Shown here: positions 47,183-57,320 of the stretch, one piece after another
Numbering within the stretch: position 1 is the stretch's first letter
Layout: every line of letters starts with the position of its first letter
DNA from: Terriglobia bacterium
GTDB taxonomy: Bacteria; Acidobacteriota; Terriglobia; 20CM-2-55-15
Assembly (NCBI GenBank): GCA_963664115.2
Contig: CAXWPJ010000002.1
Span: 768,001 to 832,000 of the forward strand
Direction: 5' to 3'
Length of the DNA stretch: 64,000 bases
Notes under the pieces: generated by a model
What the model was told of the DNA's origin: nothing
Databases searched by the model: none
The model's input: the letters and a program-made list of their open reading frames with translations, nothing else
Position numbers and translations under genes: made by a program

Positions 47183-48067
47183 CTACATCAACACCTGTTC
47201 CCAGACGGTCCACTGCTGATTGTAGAGCCCGCTATTGCTGTAAACCAGTGGCAGGTGTTCCAATCTGCGCAGCGTCTGGCTGAGCCTGAAACGAGATCTC
47301 CACTGTTCGGCCCACCAGGATATCGGACGCAGTGTGATGTGTCCGGGATACCAGAATTGGTTCAGGTTAATCAGCAACACCAGCTTTTGAAGGCCCAGCA
47401 GGGTCCATTGTTCCACCATGGCGGAAATGTCCCGTTCGGGGATGTGTTCCAGGACGTCAATCGCGATCAGCGTGTCGAATCCATCGCTCGCATCGAAAGG
47501 AATATCGGTGAGTGATCCGACACGGAGGTAGTCGCGGACTTCCTCGAACGCGATGTCGCGCAGATTGGGAATAATGTCGAAACCGTGGGCGTCCATACCT
47601 TGGTTCCGGCATTGCCGGACCAGTTCACCGTTCGAGCATCCTGCGATGACGCATTTGCCAGGGTTAGCCAGCTCTTTGATAATGGTTGCCTGGATGGTCT
47701 TGATTTCAATTTCCCGAGGAGACCCTTTGGTGTAGTCGTTGTCCTGGTGATAGGACTCGTCGTAGCTCACCATTTGAGTGGGTTCGGGTGACCATCCGAA
47801 GGTCAGGGCGTTGGTAAACGCGCTCAAAATGAAGCCGAAGTACCGATCGTGAGCTCCCGGTTCGGCGAGGCTGCCTGTATAGGGGGTGTGGGTCGTGATG
47901 ATTGCGTTCGAGGTCTTGCCGTTGAAGAGGATGGTACCGGTGTTGTCGTATAGACGATCAGTGAACCCGATTTCTATCGTCGAGCCGTCCCATTCCTGCA
48001 AGTCGAGATCGAAGTTACCGGATCGCCCTTCGTGCTGGAGCTCTAGTGTGATTTGTGCGTCGACCAT
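47183..48067 (-). CDS. Class I SAM methyltransferase with an extra N-terminal domain
   Basis: AGCSNG, DVLEHIP and GHIT..P..WW. Confidence 0.7.
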   Translation of the reverse strand: MVDAQITLELQHEGRSGNFDLDLQEWDGSTIEIGFTDRLYDNTGTILFNGKTSNAIITTHTPYTGSLAEPGAHDRYFGFILSAFTNALTFGWSPEPTQMVSYDESYHQDNDYTKGSPREIEIKTIQATIIKELANPGKCVIAGCSNGELVRQCRNQGMDAHGFDIIPNLRDIAFEEVRDYLRVGSLTDIPFDASDGFDTLIAIDVLEHIPERDISAMVEQWTLLGLQKLVLLINLNQFWYPGHITLRPISWWAEQWRSRFRLSQTLRRLEHLPLVYSNSGLYNQQWTVWEQVLM

Positions 48068-48280
48068 TGGGCTTCTCTCGGTTGTTCGGTGGCAGACAAA
48101 CTCGAAGAAACGAGGAGCATTTGAGCCTCCAAAACTATAATAGCTATAGCCGCTATGAATATTATTTTACTTTCATGGGTTTAGGCAGAGCAGGGTTTGT
48201 CGAGCATAGAGTGATCGGAGTTATTTCTGGCGGAAAACTGACAGAATTTGAGGACAGAGACCGGATTCTGGCACCTTAAG

Positions 48281-49357
48281 TTAATCAATTCTGGCCCGAG
48301 GCGGAATCCTGTCGCCGTCCCCGACCATGAAGAACTGTTGCATTGCGCTCGCGATATCCAGTTTCTCAAAGTGTTTGAAGCCGGCTTCCGATGCCAGGGC
48401 CCGAGCTCCGGTCTCGCCGATGATCGTGCCCAGTCCGGCGCCTCCTGTTGCCAATGACACGGTCAGGCAATGATAGGGGCTGAGGTTTGCACGCATTTTT
48501 CCAACCGGATCGCGGTTTGCCATGGGTTCGTGAGATCCTGTGGGTTCAGACCAGAACAGGATTCCGTTTTCATTGAGTAACTTTCGAATGTTTTGGAGCT
48601 CGCCTGCCGGATCGGGCATGTCGTGGATGCAGTCGATGGCCAAGACGAGGTCGAAGCGGTCCCCTCGAGGCATGTCCTCGAGACGGACGACTCGAAACTC
48701 CACGTTGCTGAGCTTTCTTTCAACCGCAAGGTCCCGCGCCCTTGCGATGCTTTTCCGATGCGGATCGATTCCGACAATCTTTGAAAGGGGGTAGGCGTGG
48801 GCGAGGGCCACGGTGGAGCGTCCCAGGCCGCAGCCGACGTCGAGAACTCGGATTCCGGTCTCCAATCGCTCCTGAAGGTTCCCCGCCGCTCCCAGCCACA
48901 GGGACGTCAGCTGGTGGTCGAACCACGGACGATGCATGCGGTCGATCGCCTCAGGAATTTCTTCTCCGAGTTCTGCGTACGAAATACCGCCGCCATTTCG
49001 AAAGACCTCAATCAGAGCTTCGGTCTGGAGTAGCGATGGCAACGCGAACTGAAACGCGCCTGCCCCAAAGACGGGCGACCCTTCATCAGCCAGGACCGAG
49101 CGTTGCTCTTCCGTCATCGAATACAGGTCATCGGCACTGTCGTGTTCGACGTAGCCAGCACTGACCATGGCCTTGAGCCATTCCCTCACGTAGCGTTCGT
49201 TGAGACCCGCTTGGGTGGCGATTGCCTCACTCGAAGCCGGTCCGTTTGCGGCAACGATCTTGAACAGGCCGAGTCGATCCCCGATGTACCCCAGCCCGGC
49301 TGCAAACGCGCCTCCGACATCGGCAATGACAGCCCCGACGATCGGTTGTTCACTCAT
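48281..49357 (-). CDS. wHTH-SAM methyltransferase (Rv2258c-like)
   Basis: IGDRLGLF, ERYVREWL, LDVGCGLG, DCIHDM and GLGT..G. Confidence 0.85.
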   Translation of the reverse strand: MSEQPIVGAVIADVGGAFAAGLGYIGDRLGLFKIVAANGPASSEAIATQAGLNERYVREWLKAMVSAGYVEHDSADDLYSMTEEQRSVLADEGSPVFGAGAFQFALPSLLQTEALIEVFRNGGGISYAELGEEIPEAIDRMHRPWFDHQLTSLWLGAAGNLQERLETGIRVLDVGCGLGRSTVALAHAYPLSKIVGIDPHRKSIARARDLAVERKLSNVEFRVVRLEDMPRGDRFDLVLAIDCIHDMPDPAGELQNIRKLLNENGILFWSEPTGSHEPMANRDPVGKMRANLSPYHCLTVSLATGGAGLGTIIGETGARALASEAGFKHFEKLDIASAMQQFFMVGDGDRIPPRARID

Positions 49358-49534
49358 ATGTCGCTCCTGTCAAAATGTGGCGTTGCCGTTGTCAATTTTA
49401 ACGGATGTATCGTACTCCTTCTATCCGTGTGAGGCATTCCGTGCCCTCGGTGCCAGTGCGGTCTCGGGGTGCGGAAGTGATTTAATAGCGGTACAATCGT
49501 CGGACCTTATAGCACGCATTCAAGGGAGTATCTG

Positions 49535-50170
49535 ATGTCGGACAAGTGGATGATTCGAGGCAGTGAATACGGAAATTGCAATTGTAATTGGGGATGTCCG
49601 TGCCAGTTCAGTGCTCCAAGCACTCACGGCAACTGCGAAGCTGTGGTCGGTGGACAAATCGATGAAGGCTATTTCAACGATACGAAGTTGGACGGCTTGC
49701 GTTGGGCTCTGGTGGTTTACTGGCCTGGTGAAATCATTGAAGGGAATGGGAAGCAACAGGCGATCATTGATGAACGGGCTGACGAAGCTCAGCGGGAAGC
49801 TATCCGCAAGATCATCCACGGCGAATCCACGGCACCGGGAGCCACGCATTTCTTCGTGTACAACAGCACGATGTCCGAGGTCCTGGAGCCTATCGTTGCC
49901 GCGATCGAACTCTCGATTGACATCGATGCGCGGAGAGCCCAGTTGAAGGTGGAAGGGAAGATTGATTCGATTGGGACACCGATCACCAGTCCCGTTGATG
50001 GTTCGGAGTCCCGTTCCCGGATCCACCTGCCCAACGGTTTCGAATACACCTACGCAGAAATGGGCAACGGGACATCAAAGGTTCGAACCGGCATCGAACT
50101 GGATTTATCCGACAGCTACGCCCAGTTCAACGTGCTCCATATGAATCAGGATGGCGTCATTCGTTCATAG
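49535..50170 (+). CDS. DUF1326 family protein
   Basis: CNCNWGCPC...THGNC. Confidence 0.85.
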   Translation: MSDKWMIRGSEYGNCNCNWGCPCQFSAPSTHGNCEAVVGGQIDEGYFNDTKLDGLRWALVVYWPGEIIEGNGKQQAIIDERADEAQREAIRKIIHGESTAPGATHFFVYNSTMSEVLEPIVAAIELSIDIDARRAQLKVEGKIDSIGTPITSPVDGSESRSRIHLPNGFEYTYAEMGNGTSKVRTGIELDLSDSYAQFNVLHMNQDGVIRS

Positions 50171-50959
50171 ATGACGGAGCCCGACCGCCAAAAGTTGCCG
50201 CGCCGTGACCGGTGGGCCATCCTCACCGGTCTGGCGGGCATCACCATCCTGTCCTGGATCTATCTGTTTATTCTGGCCTCAAACATGGACGGGATGCCGA
50301 TGTCAGCCATGTCCGAAATCATGGCGATACGCCCGTGGACGGGTGTGGATTTCCTGCTCATGTTCCTCATGTGGGCGGTCATGATGGTCGCCATGATGGT
50401 GCCGACGGCCGTCCCCATGACGCTTCTCTACGCGTCCGTCGCCCGGAAAGCGGCCGCCCAGCTGAGCCCTCTGGCCCCGACCTCTGTTTTCGTAGCGGGT
50501 TACATCGGCATGTGGTGCCTGTTCAGTGCCGCCGCGTCCCTCGCCCAGTGGGCCCTGGATCAAACAGCAATGCTTTCACCGATGATGGTATCTCGCAGCC
50601 CGTTCCTGGGTGCAGGCCTTCTTATCGCCGCTGGTGGCTATCAACTCACGCCGATCAAGAACAGTTGCCTTACGCATTGCCGGGCACCCGCTCATTTCTT
50701 TTCCCGGCACTGGCGGAAAGGTTGGACCGGAGCTCTCCTTATGGGTATGGTGCACGGCGCCTATTGTCTGGGTTGTTGCTGGGTTCTGATGGGGCTCTTG
50801 TTTCTGGGCGGCGTCATGAACCTGCTCTGGATCGCCCTCATCAGTGTCTTTGTTCTGTTGGAAAAGGTCCTTCCTTTGGGTGAGGCCGGGGGGCGTGTTG
50901 CCGGTTTCGCGATGATAGTTCTCGGTGTGTTGACGCTTGCAGGGTTCGGGCTGTCTTGA
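50171..50959 (+). CDS. DUF2182 membrane protein (putative metal-binding)
   Basis: MWAVMMVAMM, YQLTPIKNSCLTHCR and CLGCCW. Confidence 0.85.
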   Translation: MTEPDRQKLPRRDRWAILTGLAGITILSWIYLFILASNMDGMPMSAMSEIMAIRPWTGVDFLLMFLMWAVMMVAMMVPTAVPMTLLYASVARKAAAQLSPLAPTSVFVAGYIGMWCLFSAAASLAQWALDQTAMLSPMMVSRSPFLGAGLLIAAGGYQLTPIKNSCLTHCRAPAHFFSRHWRKGWTGALLMGMVHGAYCLGCCWVLMGLLFLGGVMNLLWIALISVFVLLEKVLPLGEAGGRVAGFAMIVLGVLTLAGFGLS

Positions 50960-51249
50960 GAACCCGGACGAGTCGTTTCTCGGCGATTGCTATTCCTATT
51001 TAAAACGAAATCCATACCGGCAATGGTTTGACCAACACGAACCGATCGCAAATCGTTGCGGTGCTGCTTATTACAATGAAACCGCATTTCATCTTGGTTT
51101 GGTTCAATGGGCAACTGACACGACCTTGGCCCGGTTACTGCCCGCGAGCCTGCGGAAGCGATTGGTGGCCGGGGATGTCGGGTTTCTGACCGAATAAATT
51201 TGACCTACTGAGGGTGTCAGCGATGTCGGGACAGGTGGGTTGAATTTTG

Positions 51250-53103
51250 TCAGTCCGCCGGCTGCTCCGATAATCGGACGATGCCTTCGGGTGACGCCTC
51301 GAGCTCCGGAGGGGCCGCCGTCTCGGAAGGCACGAGGAAGAGCCCACGTTGGCGGGTCCATTGACCCAGCGCCCGGCTGCTGGTCCCCCGAACCAGCGGA
51401 GCGGCCAGGAGCAAGCCCGTAAAGATCGGTGTCAGCCACAGGAAGAAGGTCGGGCTGCAGTACAGCGTCAGTCCCGCCCAGCCAAGCCCGAACGCCGTGA
51501 TTCCTCGAGCGCTACGCCAGGCGCCCAGCCACGGGACCACTCGCGCTTCGCGCACTGCAGGTTCCCAACGGATGTCATGGCCACTGAGCACGCTCACGAT
51601 GAAGCGGCTGTGATACATCATCATCACAGGTGCGATCACGACCGCGAACAGCATTTCCAGCAGGGCGCTGAGCAAGAGGCGCCCGGTTCCGCCGAATGGC
51701 CGCCGATCACCGGCAAGCGTGAGAATCACCCCAAGTAGCTTGGGCACGAACAACAGGCCGATGGTCACGCCCAGCAGCGGGACGATCTGGCTCGCCGTCG
51801 GCGAGGGACTCGACCAATCCGGAAACAGTGAACCCCCGCCAAGAAATGCCGCAATGCCGAATGATGGCAGCACAATATGGGCTGTACTGGCGAGCAGCAT
51901 CAGCAGCCACAGCAACGACGCGATGTAGCCCAGCGCCCCGAGCAGAAAATGCAGTCGGCTCAACGGGTGCAGTCCACGGGTCCGCAACAGTCGCAGGTGC
52001 TGTAGGCTCCCCTGGGTCCAGCGGCGGTCGCGCTTGGCGTAGTCCAGAATGTTGGCAGGGACTTCTTCATAACTGCCACCGATGGACGGCAGCAGGTAGA
52101 CAGCCCAGCCGGCACGACGCATCAGGGCCGCCTCGACGAAGTCATGGCTCAGGACAGCGCCACCGAGCGGGGGATTGCCCGGGAGTACCGGCAGGGTGCA
52201 GTGCTCAACAAATGGCCCGACCCGGATAATGGCGTTGTGGCCCCAGTAGTTGGCCGCATCGGTTTGCCAGAAACTCTGGCCGGTCGCGAGCATCGGACCG
52301 TAGATGCAGCCGGCGAACTGCACCAATCGGCCGAACAGCGTGTCCCGGCGGACAGGCATCGGCACCGTCTGGATCAGGCCGATGCCGGGGTTGGCCTCCA
52401 TCGTACGCACCAGTTCGACCAAGGTTGGCCCGGTCATGACGCTGTCGGCATCCAGCACCACCATGAAATCGTAGTCCGCGCCCCAGCGTTCACAGAAGTC
52501 TGCAATGTTGCCGGCCTTACGACCGATGTTGGCGTGTCGGCGGCGGTAGTAAAGGCCGGTCGAACGGCCCAGTTCCTGCCGCAAGGTCGTCCATGCAGTC
52601 TCTTCTGCACGAGCGATCTGCGGATCGGTCGTATCGCTCAGCAAGTGCAGGTCGAACTGTTCACCGTGACCGGTACAAGCCAGCGAGCGCAGCACGACGG
52701 CCAGGCCGCTCATAATCCGTTCGGGGTCTTCGTTGTGGGCCGGCATGACCAGAGCGGTGCGACCGGCGATCCCTCCATCAAGCTTTCGGGCCGTCGCCGG
52801 ACCGAGTGACAGTGGATCGCGTCCGAGCACCATCAGGGCGAAGCCGATTACAGCGTTCCAGAAAGAGATGGAAATCCAACTGAAGGTCACCGCAAACAGC
52901 ACCAGAACGACGATCTCCAGGGCGTTGATGCCGGCGTACCGTACGATGTCAATCATCATGCGGATACCGATCAGGGCCGTGCCGCCTACCAGGCCGAAGA
53001 ACAGCCGGCGGCGCAGCCGCGGCAGCGGCGGACGGATGCTGCCTGCATGCTTCCCCGGGTTCAGACTCGGCATGCTACTGGACACGATCGGGATACCACA
53101 CAT
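51250..53103 (-). CDS. opgH: Glucans biosynthesis glucosyltransferase H
   Basis: RKAGNIADF, VLDADS, NYWGHNAIIR, LSHDFVEAALMRR and RDRRWTQG. Confidence 0.9.
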   Translation of the reverse strand: MCGIPIVSSSMPSLNPGKHAGSIRPPLPRLRRRLFFGLVGGTALIGIRMMIDIVRYAGINALEIVVLVLFAVTFSWISISFWNAVIGFALMVLGRDPLSLGPATARKLDGGIAGRTALVMPAHNEDPERIMSGLAVVLRSLACTGHGEQFDLHLLSDTTDPQIARAEETAWTTLRQELGRSTGLYYRRRHANIGRKAGNIADFCERWGADYDFMVVLDADSVMTGPTLVELVRTMEANPGIGLIQTVPMPVRRDTLFGRLVQFAGCIYGPMLATGQSFWQTDAANYWGHNAIIRVGPFVEHCTLPVLPGNPPLGGAVLSHDFVEAALMRRAGWAVYLLPSIGGSYEEVPANILDYAKRDRRWTQGSLQHLRLLRTRGLHPLSRLHFLLGALGYIASLLWLLMLLASTAHIVLPSFGIAAFLGGGSLFPDWSSPSPTASQIVPLLGVTIGLLFVPKLLGVILTLAGDRRPFGGTGRLLLSALLEMLFAVVIAPVMMMYHSRFIVSVLSGHDIRWEPAVREARVVPWLGAWRSARGITAFGLGWAGLTLYCSPTFFLWLTPIFTGLLLAAPLVRGTSSRALGQWTRQRGLFLVPSETAAPPELEASPEGIVRLSEQPAD

Positions 53104-54697
53104 AGCTCCAGGTTTCCGTCAGACTACGGCCATCCAGCGTCAGGTAGAGCCGCATGTCGGCGGGTCGATTGCCCTCTGGAGCAAGCCGGAAAGCGGCACG
53201 CCATCCCCTCCCGTCCGGCAATGGCTGGACTCTCAGATCGGAAGTCTGACCGGCGGAGGTCTCCAGCTGAGCTTCGACCGGCTGCGTGTTCTCGAAGGAG
53301 GACAAATCACCACCGCTGAAGTCGACGATGATCCGGCGCTGGCTCGGCGGCGATGAGGCGCTCTGACCGGGAAGAGCATCCCGGCCGATGCGCGTGCGTT
53401 CTACCGCAGCGAGCCTCTGGGCTTCGAGTCGGCTGTCGAATGTCATCAGGCGGTAGCGGTAGCGCCGTTCATCGCCGGCCATGAACGGTTGGTCGGGGAC
53501 CCAGTAGGCGGCGATGTTGTCGTTGAACTCGGAATCGGTAGGGATGGTCAGCAGTTCGACGCCGCCGCTGCCCCAATCGCCCTCTCCGAGGGTGACCCAT
53601 TCGCTGGGACGGCGATGGTAGCTGGTCTCGAGGTCGAGGTAGTTGTCGAAATCCCGGTCCCGTTGCACCAGGCCGAAGCCCTTTGGGGTGTCATCGCGCA
53701 ACGACGTTACCTGAAGTCCTGGTCCGTTGCCGAGCGGCCGCCAGATCCACTCGCCGGCAGCGGTGTGCATCAGCAAGCCATCCGAGTCGTGCACCTGGGG
53801 GCGGAAGTCATCAAATGGCGGCGTCCGGTCCGGACCGTAAAGAAACATGCTGCTCAGGGGTGCCACACCGAGCTTGGCGACATCGTGTCGCGCAAACAGG
53901 CGGGCATCGACCTCCAGTGTCGTGGGGGCGCCCGGTTCGAGATCGAAGCGATAAGCACCCGTCACCGACGGGCTGTCGAGCAGGGCGTAGAAGGTGAGTG
54001 TCGTCGCTTCCGGTCCCGGTCGGACCAACCAAAACTCGCGGAATGAGGGGAATTCCTCACCGCTTTCCAGGGCGACATCGACAGCCAGGCCTCGCGAGGA
54101 CAGCCCATAGACATGCCCCTGCCCCAGCAGGCGGAAGTAGGAGGCACCGAGGAATGCCACGACCTCGTCCTTGATGGCGGTGCTGTTAAGCGGGTAGTGT
54201 ATCCGGAATCCAGCGTAAGCTAGTTCGGGGCCGACGATGTCGGCAATCGATGCCGCACGGCCGTCGTAGCGGAACCGGTTCTTGTCGAAGCTAAGCGCCG
54301 CGATCTGCTGTTCGTGCACCAGGTGAATCCGGACCGGCTCCCGGTAGAGAGATCCCGGATGAAACAGCTGTACCTCGAAGGGCGTTTCGTTATGCCACAG
54401 GGCGGCCTCGGGACGGAAGCGGATTGACCGGTACTGCTCATAATCCATGCGCTCGAGCGCTGCCGGCAGAACGGCCTCCGGGGGCACGTATGGGATCTCG
54501 GCCAGGCTACGGGCCCGCTCGGTGACGTGCTCGAACAGCGTTGCTGGCGTCAGGGGCGCGAGCAGGGAGCTAGATGATTCGCTTGCGAACGGATCCTCGG
54601 TTGGGCCCGGGTTGGTGTCTCGGTCGGACTGGGATACTGTTGTGTTCTGCTCGAGGGCGGGGTTGCATGCCGCGGCGAGTACTAAGGACAGCGACAA
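53075..54697 (-). CDS. opgG: Glucan biosynthesis protein G/D (start uncertain)
   Basis: FLGASYFR, YGLSSRGLA, EEFPSFREFW, RPQVHDSDGL, DNIAAYW and TETWSY. Confidence 0.85.
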   Translation of the reverse strand: MSLSLVLAAACNPALEQNTTVSQSDRDTNPGPTEDPFASESSSSLLAPLTPATLFEHVTERARSLAEIPYVPPEAVLPAALERMDYEQYRSIRFRPEAALWHNETPFEVQLFHPGSLYREPVRIHLVHEQQIAALSFDKNRFRYDGRAASIADIVGPELAYAGFRIHYPLNSTAIKDEVVAFLGASYFRLLGQGHVYGLSSRGLAVDVALESGEEFPSFREFWLVRPGPEATTLTFYALLDSPSVTGAYRFDLEPGAPTTLEVDARLFARHDVAKLGVAPLSSMFLYGPDRTPPFDDFRPQVHDSDGLLMHTAAGEWIWRPLGNGPGLQVTSLRDDTPKGFGLVQRDRDFDNYLDLETSYHRRPSEWVTLGEGDWGSGGVELLTIPTDSEFNDNIAAYWVPDQPFMAGDERRYRYRLMTFDSRLEAQRLAAVERTRIGRDALPGQSASSPPSQRRIIVDFSGGDLSSFENTQPVEAQLETSAGQTSDLRVQPLPDGRGWRAAFRLAPEGNRPADMRLYLTLDGRSLTETWSYVWYPDRVQ

Positions 54698-54754
54698 GGG
54701 AGCGATGAGGAACCGGCGCGCGAGGGTATTCGCGAATTCCCGGGAGCGGTAACT

Positions 54755-56428
54755 ATGAAGATGAGTGTTCCAGCAAAGATCCTGGGCTTGCCGTTTGTCC
54801 TGTTGCTCCTCAACGGCTTGTTGCTTGCTCCGCAGTGGCTGCTGACGGGCAGTCTGGGACCGGGCTGGATCGCTATCGAGTCGTTGCTGGTGGTCGGGGT
54901 GTTCCTTTTGCTGCCGCGCCGGCGCCCGCGTGCGGCGCTGGCAGCGGGCACCGGCACCTTCCTGGTGTTGCTGAGCGTCGTGGCATTCGCGGATGCCGTG
55001 GCCCGGCAGAGCCTGGGCCGGGGGTTGAATCTCTACCTTGATGTGCATCTGGTGAGCGCGGTCTACAAGCTGCTGAACGGGGCGCTGGGCCCGGCTGTGG
55101 CGGTTCTACTCATGGTGGGCTTGGCGCTGGGTGCTGCTGTCTCGGTCCTCATCCTAGCCTACCTGTTGCAGTCCGTCGAGATCCATTCGTCGAAATCGGG
55201 CACTCGGATCGCGGGCGTGGCACTGATCGCTCTCTTCGGAGTTGGCCTGGCGGGTGAACAGATGCCCGTGCTCAGTGAACGGATCACCTTACCTGCGGTG
55301 GGGATCGCCACGGATCAGACTCGGGGTTTCTTTCGGATGTTGGAGGAAGCGGAGCGGTTCACCGCCGAACTGGCCGTCGTTCCCGACGGCTACGCCGGAG
55401 TGGGTGGGTTCCTCGGAAAGCTGGTCGGCCATGATGTAGTGCTGGCCTTCATCGAATCCTATGGGGTGTCGGCTCTCTACGATCCTCGCTTTTCGCCCGT
55501 AATCCTGCCCCGGTTGGATGTCCTGGACACTCGTATGGCGGACGCCGGTCTGCACTTGGCCACCGGCACGTTGGTAGCACCGACCCGGGGCGGCGAGTCC
55601 TGGCTGTCGCACGGGTCGTTGTTCAGCGGGTTGTGGCTGGATAATCAGTTGCGCTATGACCTGATGCTGGCCAGCGGCCGGGGGACGCTGATCGACGATT
55701 TCCGCCGTGCCGGCCATCGCACTGTTGCCCTGATGCCGGCGATCACGCTGGCGTGGCCGGAGGGGGAGCGCTTGGGCTACGACCAGATCTTTGCCCTTCG
55801 CAATATCGATTACGCGGGGCCAGCCTTGAACTGGGTCACGATGCCGGATCAGTACACCTGGTCCTTTCTGGAACGTGCGATTCTCACCACTGATGACGCC
55901 GACACCAGACCCGTGTTCGCCGAGCTTGGCTTGATCAGCAGTCACGCACCCTGGACGCCGATCCTGCCCGTACTGGATGACTGGGACAGCATCGGCGATG
56001 GATCGGTCTTCGCGCCCTGGGAAAACGCCGGGGAGCATCCGGATGAGCTGTGGCGGGACATGGATCGCGTCCGCGAGCACTATGCGCTCTCGGTGGACTA
56101 TGCGATCCACACGATGGCCAGTTACGCCGAGCGCTACGTCGACGAGGGAACCTTGCTCATCGTGCTCGGCGATCACCAGGCGGCGCCGTTGATCATCGGT
56201 GATGATGCCAGTCCAGCCGTGCCCGTCCACGTCATCAGCCGTGATCCGGGACTGGTGCAGCCCTTTCTGGACTGGGGGTTCCAGAGCGGGGCGCTTCCTG
56301 ACCCGGACCGGCCGGGGCCGGGCATGGATGCCTTTCGTGATTGGTTCGTACGGGCTTTCAGCAAATCCGCCGCGGGTGGGGAAACGTTAACCGCACCGGT
56401 GCCCGAAGAAGCCGCGGATACGGGCTGA
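54755..56428 (+). CDS. Membrane-anchored alkaline-phosphatase/sulfatase-superfamily protein (LtaS/MdoB-like)
   Basis: About 5 N-terminal TM segments, then FIESYG, GGESWLSH, SSHAPW and GDHQ. Confidence 0.7.
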   Translation: MKMSVPAKILGLPFVLLLLNGLLLAPQWLLTGSLGPGWIAIESLLVVGVFLLLPRRRPRAALAAGTGTFLVLLSVVAFADAVARQSLGRGLNLYLDVHLVSAVYKLLNGALGPAVAVLLMVGLALGAAVSVLILAYLLQSVEIHSSKSGTRIAGVALIALFGVGLAGEQMPVLSERITLPAVGIATDQTRGFFRMLEEAERFTAELAVVPDGYAGVGGFLGKLVGHDVVLAFIESYGVSALYDPRFSPVILPRLDVLDTRMADAGLHLATGTLVAPTRGGESWLSHGSLFSGLWLDNQLRYDLMLASGRGTLIDDFRRAGHRTVALMPAITLAWPEGERLGYDQIFALRNIDYAGPALNWVTMPDQYTWSFLERAILTTDDADTRPVFAELGLISSHAPWTPILPVLDDWDSIGDGSVFAPWENAGEHPDELWRDMDRVREHYALSVDYAIHTMASYAERYVDEGTLLIVLGDHQAAPLIIGDDASPAVPVHVISRDPGLVQPFLDWGFQSGALPDPDRPGPGMDAFRDWFVRAFSKSAAGGETLTAPVPEEAADTG

Positions 56429-56438
56429 TCGATTCGAC

Positions 56439-57194
56439 GTGTCGTGCTCTGAATGGCTCGGGTTACTTCGATCCCTGATCGTCTACTGGCGTCCCGGTCG
56501 TCAGAAGAAGCTGCGCCGGCTCTATCGCCCGTTCGTGGGAGTGGGGGACCTGGTCTTCGATGTGGGTGCACACCTGGGCGATCGTTCGGTCGCATTCGCG
56601 GCCCTGGGTGCCCGAGTGGTGGCGCTGGAGCCCCAGCCCCAGGTCGTGCCCTGGCTCCGGCGACTCGTGGGACGGAACGACAGTATCATCGTGCGGGCTG
56701 AGGCGGTGGGGGGCGCTGCGGGAACCGCCCGCTTGGCCATCAGCAGGCGAACACCCTCCGTATCCACACTGGCCGAGACCTGGCGGCGGAAGCTTCCGGA
56801 GGCCAACCCCGGCTTCGGGCGGGTCCGTTGGGAGGACGCGGTGGAGGTCCCTGTCATTACACTGGATGCCCTCATCGAGATCCACGGCCTCCCGCGCTTC
56901 TGCAAGATTGATGTGGAGGGATACGAGGCCGAGGTCCTCGCCGGACTGAGTTACCCGATACCCGGCGTGTCGGTGGAGTTCGTCTCCGGCGGCCTGGAGG
57001 TGGCGGTGGCCTGTATTCATCGGCTCGGCCAGCTCGGGACTTATGAATTCAACGCCATTGCCGGCGAGGGCAGGGAATTCGTGTTTGACGGTTGGGTGAG
57101 GAGCGAGGGCATCGCAGATTGGCTGGACGAAGGCGCGGGCGGCGCGTTGTCTGGTGACGTCTACGCCCGACTCCGGCTCGCTCATCCGAGCTAG
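56439..57194 (+). CDS. FkbM family methyltransferase
   Basis: DVGAHLG, EPQP and KIDVEGYE. Confidence 0.85.
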   Translation: MSCSEWLGLLRSLIVYWRPGRQKKLRRLYRPFVGVGDLVFDVGAHLGDRSVAFAALGARVVALEPQPQVVPWLRRLVGRNDSIIVRAEAVGGAAGTARLAISRRTPSVSTLAETWRRKLPEANPGFGRVRWEDAVEVPVITLDALIEIHGLPRFCKIDVEGYEAEVLAGLSYPIPGVSVEFVSGGLEVAVACIHRLGQLGTYEFNAIAGEGREFVFDGWVRSEGIADWLDEGAGGALSGDVYARLRLAHPS

Positions 57195-57320
57195 GTGAAC
57201 CTTAGCGGAGTAAGTCGAACATAGACACCGGCCTCAGACCGAGCGGTGGTGGTGCGTCAAGCCGGTTGTTCGCCCCATCCGGCCCCCGTACTGGCCCAAT
57301 GCGAGGGCGCGGTCACCAAT

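Noticed and set aside
50960-51197. Protein-like fragment (YLKRNPYRQWFD...LVQWATD)
   Set aside because: Probably a gene relic, but it has no proper start and I cannot assign a family.
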